Virus record (IMG/VR): IMGVR_UViG_3300048599_000752
Location: 1 to 26,875 of that record
Length of the DNA stretch: 26,875 nt
Reading direction: 5' to 3' (one strand)
DNA from: a virus
Lineage: Duplodnaviria > Caudoviricetes
The notes below the pieces were generated by a model that made no database searches, was not told the DNA's origin, and saw only the letters and a list, made by a program, of their open reading frames with translations. The first letter of the stretch is position 1, and the number at the start of each line of letters is the position of its first letter. The position numbers and the translations under genes are program-made. Of this stretch, positions 16,845-24,841 are shown piece after piece.

Positions 16845-19349
16845 ATGAATGTAATAATTTCTAGCATGCTAATTAATCTTGTGTCGAGCGCTGTCTACGA
16901 CCTAGCTAAATATTTCTCTTCCGGCGGCTCGCTTTCAACCCGGACTAGAAGGGAGATTAGTGAATATGTCTCTGAAAAAGTTCGAGATAAGAAAGATTTA
17001 CCTGACGAATATGAATCAATATTGGCCTATCTAAATACGGTACAGATTACTGATATTATTCGTAGTTATATGCTTTTCGCAGTAACTGGTGTGATGGCTG
17101 AGACTTTGAGAAAGAGGATAAAAGTCTCTCCCGAAACAAACGTACTGAAATCCGATGTAATCCGATACATAACTGATGGATATGTCCGTTCTAAAGAGAA
17201 GAGCGTTGTTGCGATCAAGTCAAGCGACGTTGAATGTATACTTGATGAAATATTTGCCATATCTAAAGAATATCTTTACTCACAACTCAGTCAACCGGAA
17301 AAAGCAATGACTGCATTTATTCAAGATACAATTCAGACAAGTGGAAAAGTCATATCAATGCAATTATCTCGATTCTCTGAGCAGATTCAGATGGCAATGA
17401 AGTTTGAGGTGATGCCAAATAGGGCTGATTATACGTCTATAAAGGAGCAATATGAAAAAATAGTGAATCATAGGCTGAGCAAAGCCCATATATATTTGCT
17501 TGACTATTTCGAGTTTAATAAGTTCTATGTTGCACCTGTCCTTGGCTATGGCGATGAGATGCCCAGAAGAAATGATGCCGATGAACTATCTTGCGCTTCA
17601 GAAAGATGGATGCATATCTTTGATAGCGATAGAGTAATATATATTGTCGGAGGTGCAGGGTACGGGAAATCGCTATTTTTGAAAAATGTAATTCTTAACT
17701 TTGATAAAATGAGCCTATTCGGAAAAGAAGAACGTCTCATTATTCATGGGGACTTAAAAAACTTTGTTGACGGTAATGGAAACACGAAAACGGTTATGCG
17801 TTACTTTCAAGATTGCCTAGTAAATTCAAGCGGAATGGGATATACCGAATTTACTGAAGATTTTATCAAACATTACCTGGATTCGGGTAGCTGCATAATT
17901 TTGCTGGATGCTCTTGATGAGGTTAGAGAGGAAAATCGAAATGAGGTCCACGAAATTATTAATTCATTTTTGTATTGTCAAAACCCAAATAACAAAATAT
18001 GCATAACATCTCGAAGTAGAGGATTTATCAAAATGCGAGAAGAGTGCACTGTATTGTACATACAGCCGCTAACAACGGAGCAGATAAACAGCTATATCGA
18101 TAACATAATTCACTTAGGGAGATTTGATGAATGCGACAAAACTGACTTCGTAACAAGAACAAGGACATTAATTGATAAAGGGTTTCTGCGGAGCTGTCTG
18201 ATATTGTCTTTGCTTGTAAAGATCTATAGGGCCGAAAGGGCTCTGCCTGATAATAAACTCGATCTGTATCAGAAATGCTTCGAGTATATTTCTTACAAAC
18301 GTGAAGTTGAAGAGAAAAAGAATCTTGGATACAATTGGGATAGGGTCCAGCCGCTTATGAATGAGGATACATTTACTCGGTTGGCACAACTATGCGCACC
18401 AAATAACCAAGAAATAGAAGGAGACAAAGTAAAAGAAGCTTTGGTGCAGGTAAATATTAGCACGTTTGAGAGCCGAGCGAATGCGATCAACGCTGTAATT
18501 GAATTCCTTAAGTTTTGCGCTAATCGCACAGAACTGTTTGTTCCAGGAGCGAATGAGGATACATTTAAATTTTTTCACAGGTCATTTCTTGACTATTTTT
18601 ATGCATTACATATATTCAAATATGTTAATGATGTAGAAGAAGTTTACAACGAACTACGCAGATTTGGGTATGATTCAGAGATCTATGAACTATTGTTGTC
18701 TTTGCTAAAGAACCGGAAGAGAGCAACGTACGACAGACTGGTGCAACATGTGATTGATAAAACAAAGTGCGACTTTGAGTGCAAAATGCCAACATATGAT
18801 CCGATAAATATTTTATCGTTGTTTCTTCAGGAAGTAACTGAAAAAATTTATAAAGATCAAATTATGAATATTCTGATTACGAATCCGAACAAGGTTTCGA
18901 AGAGGACGCGAGTAAAAAAGGAAACAAGAAATTTTATAATAGATTATCATGACAATTTGCGGCAGATGATTATTGATAAGGCACGATGCGATATTGTGAC
19001 CAAGGATAATTTCGTTAATACATATCGTGAATTTGCACTTATTGATCTGACTGTTTCAACCGGAGAAGTATATCGTTTCATATATCGTGCACCAGATGAA
19101 AAGAATGTGCAAATTGTTGGCGAATGGTTTCGCTATTCACTAATATTTTGCGCATTTTATACGTCGGCATATATGTCTATCGTAGGAATTAATAGCGTTG
19201 CAGAAGATCTGGAGATGTTCTCTAAGACAGAAAGGTTTGGAAGAATTAATGCGAAGTCTAAAGAGATTATACGAATGTATTTAGATGAGTATAAGACACT
19301 AACCGAGGAGAATAAGAAAGAAATTATGACGAAATACAAAATAGAATGA
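16845..19349 (+). CDS. NACHT-family STAND NTPase, candidate anti-phage defence protein
   Basis: Walker A GGAGYGKS, Walker B IILLDALDEV, ITSR, FFHRSFLDYF; AT-rich; ATG 16845 after GAGGTG. Confidence 0.88.
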   Translation: MNVIISSMLINLVSSAVYDLAKYFSSGGSLSTRTRREISEYVSEKVRDKKDLPDEYESILAYLNTVQITDIIRSYMLFAVTGVMAETLRKRIKVSPETNVLKSDVIRYITDGYVRSKEKSVVAIKSSDVECILDEIFAISKEYLYSQLSQPEKAMTAFIQDTIQTSGKVISMQLSRFSEQIQMAMKFEVMPNRADYTSIKEQYEKIVNHRLSKAHIYLLDYFEFNKFYVAPVLGYGDEMPRRNDADELSCASERWMHIFDSDRVIYIVGGAGYGKSLFLKNVILNFDKMSLFGKEERLIIHGDLKNFVDGNGNTKTVMRYFQDCLVNSSGMGYTEFTEDFIKHYLDSGSCIILLDALDEVREENRNEVHEIINSFLYCQNPNNKICITSRSRGFIKMREECTVLYIQPLTTEQINSYIDNIIHLGRFDECDKTDFVTRTRTLIDKGFLRSCLILSLLVKIYRAERALPDNKLDLYQKCFEYISYKREVEEKKNLGYNWDRVQPLMNEDTFTRLAQLCAPNNQEIEGDKVKEALVQVNISTFESRANAINAVIEFLKFCANRTELFVPGANEDTFKFFHRSFLDYFYALHIFKYVNDVEEVYNELRRFGYDSEIYELLLSLLKNRKRATYDRLVQHVIDKTKCDFECKMPTYDPINILSLFLQEVTEKIYKDQIMNILITNPNKVSKRTRVKKETRNFIIDYHDNLRQMIIDKARCDIVTKDNFVNTYREFALIDLTVSTGEVYRFIYRAPDEKNVQIVGEWFRYSLIFCAFYTSAYMSIVGINSVAEDLEMFSKTERFGRINAKSKEIIRMYLDEYKTLTEENKKEIMTKYKIE

Positions 19350-19360
19350 ATGATCTATTG

Positions 19361-19379
19361 CCACCCAAATCCCCACCCA
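19361..19379 (+). repeat. CCACCCA direct repeat pair, candidate integrase arm-type sites of the prophage
   Basis: Two copies with 12-bp period, ~110 bp from the att core. Confidence 0.45.
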
Positions 19380-19484
19380 CAGGCGTATTGAACATCCTCT
19401 TGCCATTGTAGGAAATCCTCAAAAATTCCGCTCAATTATCGAGGATTCTCATTGCAGTTTCTACAATATTCAATGCCTCGATGC

Positions 19485-19509
19485 GGTTCGAGTCTCCTAT
19501 GCTCCACCA
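19485..19509 (+). other. att site: duplicated 3' end of a tRNA-Ala gene (not a complete tRNA)
   Basis: GGTTCGAGTCTCCTATGCTCCACCA is a T-loop, 3' T-stem, acceptor strand ATGCTCC, A73 and CCA; upstream sequence does not form the 5' half. Confidence 0.88.
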
Positions 19510-19511
19510 GC

Positions 19512-19538
19512 AAACCCACCAGTAAATGGTGGGTTTTT
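19512..19538 (+). terminator. Terminator immediately after the tRNA 3' end
   Basis: AAACCCACCA-GTAAA-TGGTGGGTTT-TT. Confidence 0.85.
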
Positions 19539-19598
19539 GCTTTATATTGTATGGGGTTTCACCAGTTTCGGAAGTTTCGTAAGCGCTCCAAAATGAGC

Positions 19599-19618
19599 CT
19601 GACCGCAACACTGACCGC
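19599..19618 (+). repeat. CTGACCGC direct repeat pair, candidate arm-type sites of the second element
   Basis: Two perfect 8-mers with 12-bp period, ~90 bp from att. Confidence 0.55.
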
Positions 19619-19710
19619 TTTATAGTTTTTGCTTGATATTTATAGCTGTATTTTGTGCTGAATGCTTAATTCTGCGGGCTGACTGGCGGGGGCACAAAAT
19701 CCTCAAACTT

Positions 19711-19796
19711 GAGAACAAAACCCCCGGACAGGAGAACAAAACTCATAGCAATTTCCCTTTGCGCACGCCACTGAGAACATGAGAACAAAAAGAACA
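19711..19796 (+). repeat. Cluster of GAGAACA(AAA) direct repeats
   Basis: GAGAACAAAA at 19711, 19732, 19781; GAGAACA at 19773; AGAACA at 19791. Confidence 0.7.
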
Positions 19797-19819
19797 TCCG
19801 AGCTTATTAGAAGCTCGGA
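19787..19819 (-). terminator. Terminator for the 19846-20523 gene
   Basis: TCCGAGCTT/AAGCTCGGA stem with a T-rich tail on the minus strand. Confidence 0.7.
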
Positions 19820-19845
19820 CGTGTTAGAAGCGGAGAAGAGGACTC

Positions 19846-20523
19846 TCAGACCCAAGTCTTGTCGGGACCGTTCTGCCAAAGCACGCGGGCGACGTCGATG
19901 ATGAATTCCGTCTCGTCGTCCGTCTTCGTGACGTCGCAGTCTGCCACAGAAGACCGGGAATACTCCGGCAGACCGAACTCCGCCGCATAGGCATGAGCGA
20001 TCAGCTCCCAAGCGAAGTACTCCACCTTCACCTTGAAGTACTTACCATAGCCAAGGCTCTTCTGCGCCTGCTGGAGCGCACTGGCGACGTTTAGGCCATC
20101 GTTCAACACGGCCCAGCGTACACTCGAAGTTGTGAGATCAACGCTCATATAGCCCTTGTACGCGTCGTAGGCGATCACCTGATCATCATAGATAATAGCT
20201 GGGGCGATGTCGTCCGCCCAGAGTTCCACGCCGCCTTCATCAATCTGAACTCCGTACAATTTAACCGTTCGCTTGCCACGAGATGTGGCGACCTTGACTT
20301 TCTTGGTTTCCTTGAGCGTGCCAAAGTATTCTTTAGAGGCGCCATCTGCTAGTGCCCACTTGCCGTCGTTTGAGGTATACACGGACGCGGAAGCACGGAC
20401 GCAGACCAAGTCGCCAGCCTGGAAATGATACTGGCTCGCATTTGTTGCAAGCGCGCTCAGCGGCGATACCAACAGCGCACAGACAATAGCTATGACCAGC
20501 AAGTTTAGTATCCATTTCTTCAT
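19846..20523 (-). CDS. Secreted protein of unknown function
   Basis: 225 aa; signal peptide MKKWILNLLVIAIVCALLVSPLSALA; GAGG RBS. Confidence 0.8.
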   Translation of the reverse strand: MKKWILNLLVIAIVCALLVSPLSALATNASQYHFQAGDLVCVRASASVYTSNDGKWALADGASKEYFGTLKETKKVKVATSRGKRTVKLYGVQIDEGGVELWADDIAPAIIYDDQVIAYDAYKGYMSVDLTTSSVRWAVLNDGLNVASALQQAQKSLGYGKYFKVKVEYFAWELIAHAYAAEFGLPEYSRSSVADCDVTKTDDETEFIIDVARVLWQNGPDKTWV

Positions 20524-20700
20524 TCGTTTAGCCTCAATGCTGTCGTAGATAGAGGTATGACGTTACCAACATATACGGGAATGGTGTCAAAAAGAAGGTA
20601 ACCCGGTGGCAGAGACTGGAAACATGCGGCACTGTTATTTATATCGGACGCGTAACCTATCCGTTTATTATGTGATCCGTTAAATGCGCGTAAACATGGA

Positions 20701-20727
20701 GACGACCCGGCACGAAGCCGGGTCGTC
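20701..20727. terminator. Perfect 11-bp hairpin downstream of integrase (terminator or RNA stability element)
   Basis: GACGACCCGGC-ACGAA-GCCGGGTCGTC; no good U tract. Confidence 0.5.
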
Positions 20728-20749
20728 CTGATCAAGTGTATCCTATGGC

Positions 20750-21898
20750 TTACAAGAACCGGTCCATGGCTGCCATCGCCTTGCGCTTGGTCTCATCGGT
20801 TGAGTGCACATACAACTGCATAGTGATCGCTACCCTTGCGTGCCCCAAGATCTCCGACAGCGTGCGGTAGTCCATACCGTTCTCGACCGCGCGGGTCGCG
20901 AAGGTGTGCCGGAGCGCGTGCACTCCCAGCCGCTCAATCCCTGCTTTGTCCAGTACCTCGTGTAGCGCGCGGGTTAGGTTGCGGCCCTCCAGCGGCGTAC
21001 CCAGCGCTGTGGTGAACACCAAGTCTTGATCGTTCCACTTTGAGCCGCACTTCATCCGTATGATCCGCTGTTCCTTGCGTTGCTCCACCAGGATCTCGCT
21101 AAGCCTGTTGGAGAGCGGGATCGTCCTCGCGCCAGCCCGTGTCTTGGGCGTGCCGCTGGTAAGCACCGTTCTTTGTTCCTCACTTTCAAAATCACGGCTA
21201 CGCAGGATGGTATGGCTCACGGTGAACTCATCACGGTGCACGTCGCACCAACGTAACCCGCAACACTCTGAGGCGCGAAGGCCTGTTCCCAAAATGAATC
21301 CGAGCGCCCGGCCGGGGGTATTGTCCGGCAGCGCCTCCAAAAAGCGCTTTTGTTCTGTTACCGTGAAGTAACGAACCTCATCCTGATGTTCCTTTGGTAT
21401 TTCGATATCCTCGCAGGGGTTGGTCAGGATCAGATGGTTGCGCACCGCGCGCTGGAGGGCGGTGTGCAGGATCGTGCGCGCCTTTCGGATAGTCGCAGGG
21501 GCATAGTGCTTCCGAACGAGCTCATTGAAGCCTGACTGCACCTGATCGGGGCGGAGTTTCTGCAGCTTGTTCCTGCCCAGATAGGGGATGATATGCAGTT
21601 TGATGCTGTCCTCATAGCTTGTCGCGGTGGACGGCTTCTTGGACAGCAGCACGTACTCCTTGAACCAGATGTCCATCCAATCCGCAAGTGTCATGTTGTC
21701 CGGCTCCACATACAGGCCGCGCGAGACCTGACCGCGCACTTCGAGCAAGCGCTTTGAAACCTCCGCCTGCGTCTTTCCATAGATGGAGCGCCTGATCGAT
21801 TTGCCGTCCGCCCGGTACCCCGCGGTGTACTGCGCCTCCCACCGACCATCGGCGCGCAGACGGATTGTTCCTTCGCCATTAGAGCGCTTTCGTGGCAT
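20750..21898 (-). CDS. int: Tyrosine recombinase/integrase
   Basis: N-terminal RSNGEGTI arm-binding region; catalytic GLRASE, HALRH, LGH, LYVH; GAGGAGG RBS. Confidence 0.97.
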   Translation of the reverse strand: MPRKRSNGEGTIRLRADGRWEAQYTAGYRADGKSIRRSIYGKTQAEVSKRLLEVRGQVSRGLYVEPDNMTLADWMDIWFKEYVLLSKKPSTATSYEDSIKLHIIPYLGRNKLQKLRPDQVQSGFNELVRKHYAPATIRKARTILHTALQRAVRNHLILTNPCEDIEIPKEHQDEVRYFTVTEQKRFLEALPDNTPGRALGFILGTGLRASECCGLRWCDVHRDEFTVSHTILRSRDFESEEQRTVLTSGTPKTRAGARTIPLSNRLSEILVEQRKEQRIIRMKCGSKWNDQDLVFTTALGTPLEGRNLTRALHEVLDKAGIERLGVHALRHTFATRAVENGMDYRTLSEILGHARVAITMQLYVHSTDETKRKAMAAMDRFL

Positions 21899-21958
21899 GG
21901 GCTAGTTCCTCCTCAATAATAGTCGTCCAGTCGTTGGTTGGTGCGATTATTAGAACCC

Positions 21959-21986
21959 AGTATAACATAAGAATCCAAGTTGTCAC
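21959..21986 (-). promoter_or_regulatory. Candidate integrase promoter flanked by 10-bp direct repeats
   Basis: Minus strand GTGACA-16 bp-TATACT with TGn; GTTGGTGCGA at 21937-21946 and 21987-21996. Confidence 0.55.
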
Positions 21987-22261
21987 GTTGGTGCGACTTC
22001 TTAAAACCAAAGTCTTGTTAAAAACATGATAATCAATATTGAGAATCTTCAATTCGTTTTTGAGGATTCTCAATTCATCTTTTTTCACGGCAAGAGATTT
22101 GGACAACGCGCATTTGTTTTTAAACTATAATAGCGCAATATGCCAAAATATCTTAAATATATGTGTGCACGGTGAGGCCTTTACGTTTGCCGTGTTTGGT
22201 TTATAATAACTCAGCGCGACCAGATTGAAAGCTATGTCACGATAAAGAAAGGGGTCGTTTT

Positions 22262-22462
22262 ATGGAAGAAGTCACTCGTGTTTGCCTGTCGGTTTCGGAA
22301 GTCGGTCGTAAGCTGCATGTTTCTCGGGCAACGGCTTATACACTCTGCCACGCGAAGGGGTTCCCGGCCATCCGGATTGGCCGGAGGCTGCTGGTGCCGG
22401 TGGCGGCACTTGATGTCTGGCTACGCAAGCAGACCGAGGTGAACGTGGATGAAACCATCTAG
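22262..22462 (+). CDS. xis: Excisionase-family helix-turn-helix protein
   Basis: LSVSEVGRKLHVSRATAYTL...FPAIRIGRRLLVP; 66 aa; divergent from int. Confidence 0.9.
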   Translation: MEEVTRVCLSVSEVGRKLHVSRATAYTLCHAKGFPAIRIGRRLLVPVAALDVWLRKQTEVNVDETI

Positions 22463-22476
22463 GGGGAGGTTTTCCT

Positions 22477-24315
22477 TTGAGTGATCCTACAGATGAAGTC
22501 ATCTCCAGGAACGGGACGGATGAGGACTTACCTTGGTTTGACCCGGTGTCGGCTGGCGTAAGGGCACGGACCACACCACCGGTTTCAAAACCTGAGCCCG
22601 TCGAGGACGCGGATTCCTTACGGGAGAGGCAACAGGCTCGGATGGAGGAGGAGCGCCGCAGGTTTGATGAACTCATGGAGAAATCGCCCGCCTTGCGGGC
22701 GGCAGTGGAGCAGGATGTGGAGGAGCAGCGTGCCAAGCGGGAGTATGAGCGCCAGCGCCCGGCCAGAGAAGCGCGAGCTGGCTACGATATGTGCGTCGCC
22801 GCGGGGTTTCGGCCGCCAGGCTCCGATGTCGGCTGGGAGCCGCCCGAGCCGCTGGACCCACCCGCTCCGCCCGTGTTTGATCCCGCTTGGTTACCGGGGG
22901 TGGCGCGCGATTTTGCCACCGCCGCCGCGGTTTCATTCCAGTGCCCAGTCGCCCTCGTCGCCCTGTTGATCCTCGGTGCTGTATCCGTCGCCATCCTTGG
23001 TAAGGTTGCCGTGCGGGCGAAGAGGGACTGGCTGGAGCCGGTGCAGCTTTACATCGGCGTGGTGCTGCCGCCGTCCGAGCGGAAAAGCCCGGTATTCGCG
23101 CGGATCTTCCAGCGAATCTTCCGATGGGAGCACGAGGTCAACGACGCCCGCGAACTCGCCATCCGGCAGGACAGCGCCAGGAGAAGAATGATGGAAAAGG
23201 CCCTGGAACACGCGAGCGCCAAATTGGACGAGGCGGAGGTCGCACGCCTGACGGCAGAGCTGCACGCGTTCAAGCCCACGACGTCGCTGACGCTGACGGT
23301 GGGTGACACGACTCCTGAGCAGGCGGCGGTTCTGGCGGCGAATAATGGGGGAAGGATCGCGATCGTCGCGCCGGAGGGAGGCGTGCTCGGTACGGCGTTG
23401 GGCCGCTACAGTCAGATGCCCAACCTGGATTTCCTGTTGAACGGGTATTCGGGGGAGGCCGTCAGCATCCACCGGGTCGGCCGGGAGGCTGTTCGCATAT
23501 CGAGGGCAACGGTCTCAATGGTGTTGGCGGTCCAGCCGTCCATCATCAAAGATCTGTTTTCCAGCCGGGAGGCGGTGGGGCGCGGGCTTGTGGCACGGTT
23601 TTTGCTTGGGGTCCCCGAGCCGCTCTCCGGCCGCCGCGTCATCGATGTGCCCGACATCCCGGACAGCGTATCCCGAGCGTATGACCAGATGATCTTGGGG
23701 CTTCTCAATCTGCCGCAGCCGGATGAACCCCGGGAATTGACGCTGACAGCAGACGCTGCCAAGGCGTTTCATGCCTGGAGGCAGGAACTTGAGGAGCGGA
23801 GAAGTGGGGATTTGAAACCGCTCGAGGGTTGGGGTTGGGGAGGCAAACTGGATGGCCAGACGCTTCGGATCGCGGCGACTCTTACGATGATGGAGTCGCC
23901 GAACGCGACGGAGATCAGTGCCGTGCAGCTACGGCGTGCGGTGTGCATCGCGCGGTGGGCGATCGAGCACGCCCGCGTCGCCAGCGCGTCCATGCCGGTG
24001 TCCTCCGGCACGAGCGCCGCGTCGATCCTTCTTGAGGCCATAAGGCAGAAAAGCCCAGCGACGTTCACGACCCGCGAAGCGTATCATTGGGTCAAGGGAC
24101 GGAAAGCGATGTTTCCGAACACCGAAGCGGTTCGCCCGGCGCTGCAGTCGCTGCTGGATAAAGGCTGGCTCCGAAGAGCCGCGTTTCAGGATGTGGACAA
24201 AACGACGGGCCGCAAGGCCGAGCCGCGCTGGATTCCAACGGTCTATTTGAACAATCCACCGCCGACTGCGGAGACAGATGAACCGGCGAGGGAGCAGGGG
24301 GAGGAAATTTTATGA
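22477..24315 (+). CDS. DUF3987/YfjI-like replication-associated P-loop protein
   Basis: PPSERKSP, GDTTPE, EGG, GLVARFL, LRIAATL motifs; TTG start after GGAGG. Confidence 0.82.
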   Translation: MSDPTDEVISRNGTDEDLPWFDPVSAGVRARTTPPVSKPEPVEDADSLRERQQARMEEERRRFDELMEKSPALRAAVEQDVEEQRAKREYERQRPAREARAGYDMCVAAGFRPPGSDVGWEPPEPLDPPAPPVFDPAWLPGVARDFATAAAVSFQCPVALVALLILGAVSVAILGKVAVRAKRDWLEPVQLYIGVVLPPSERKSPVFARIFQRIFRWEHEVNDARELAIRQDSARRRMMEKALEHASAKLDEAEVARLTAELHAFKPTTSLTLTVGDTTPEQAAVLAANNGGRIAIVAPEGGVLGTALGRYSQMPNLDFLLNGYSGEAVSIHRVGREAVRISRATVSMVLAVQPSIIKDLFSSREAVGRGLVARFLLGVPEPLSGRRVIDVPDIPDSVSRAYDQMILGLLNLPQPDEPRELTLTADAAKAFHAWRQELEERRSGDLKPLEGWGWGGKLDGQTLRIAATLTMMESPNATEISAVQLRRAVCIARWAIEHARVASASMPVSSGTSAASILLEAIRQKSPATFTTREAYHWVKGRKAMFPNTEAVRPALQSLLDKGWLRRAAFQDVDKTTGRKAEPRWIPTVYLNNPPPTAETDEPAREQGEEIL

Positions 24316-24740
24316 TGTTGTCCGCCTGTGTGGACAGGTTGCAGGAGATGGGGTACATCATTGAACTGACTCCGGAGAACCGAGTGCGGATCAACCTGCC
24401 CGGCGGTCTTCCACCTCCGCCTGAAGCGGCAACGCTCCTTGAACAATTACGGGGGAGTCGCGAGGAGCTGATCGATGAACTACGCTTTCGTTCCAGGTGC
24501 CTCGATACCCTTTCCGGAAGGCAGGCCAGGATCGAGCCTCCGATTGAAGAGACACCCGATCCCGACTCGGAAAAGGTCGCAAGACTTCGGTCAGCGATCG
24601 AAAAACTTTTAAAGGCCGCGGAGGAGCATATCCTTGAAATGACCGAAGCAGAGAAGGACTCGGTTAATAACCGGTATATAGTGCTGAGCTGTGCGCTTAG
24701 GTCCGCAGAGGCGGCGTTGGCGGATCCGTGTGTATTCTGA
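24312..24740 (+). CDS. Hypothetical protein coupled to the DUF3987 gene
   Basis: 142 aa, ATGA overlap, GAGG RBS. Confidence 0.65.
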   Translation: MMLSACVDRLQEMGYIIELTPENRVRINLPGGLPPPPEAATLLEQLRGSREELIDELRFRSRCLDTLSGRQARIEPPIEETPDPDSEKVARLRSAIEKLLKAAEEHILEMTEAEKDSVNNRYIVLSCALRSAEAALADPCVF

Positions 24741-24787
24741 CGCGTCGAAGGTTTTCTACTTTCTAGATGAACTGTTCCGGATTGCCA

Positions 24788-24817
24788 AAGAAAGCCCCTT
24801 TCCAAACGGAAAGGGGC
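24788..24817 (-). terminator. Terminator between convergent genes
   Basis: GCCCCTTTCC-AAAC-GGAAAGGGGC stem; T-rich tail on minus strand. Confidence 0.75.
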
Positions 24818-24841
24818 GCTGTGCTTTTTGACCGCTGCCGA

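Larger units (their letters stand above)
1..19509 (+). mobile_element. HK97-like (siphovirus-type) prophage, late region and right end; left part outside window; tail module missing
   Basis: Gene order terS-terL-portal-protease-capsid-head/tail joining-tail tip-lysin-holin; ends at a tRNA 3' fragment (19485-19509). Confidence 0.93.
19510..24817. mobile_element. Second integrative element (satellite/IME-like) in tandem at the tRNA-Ala att; right end not identified and may extend beyond the window
   Basis: Integrase pointing toward att, divergent xis-DUF3987-ORF operon, no structural genes. Confidence 0.78.

Noticed and set aside
19440-19509. Complete tRNA or tmRNA gene
   Set aside because: Only the T-loop and 3' acceptor strand are present; the upstream bases do not pair as a T-stem or acceptor stem
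19361-19796. CRISPR array
   Set aside because: Repeats are 7-10 bp and irregularly spaced, with no spacer architecture or cas genes
21879-22106. 75-aa ORF as the element's repressor
   Set aside because: No HTH pattern, TTG start without RBS, and it overlaps the candidate int promoter
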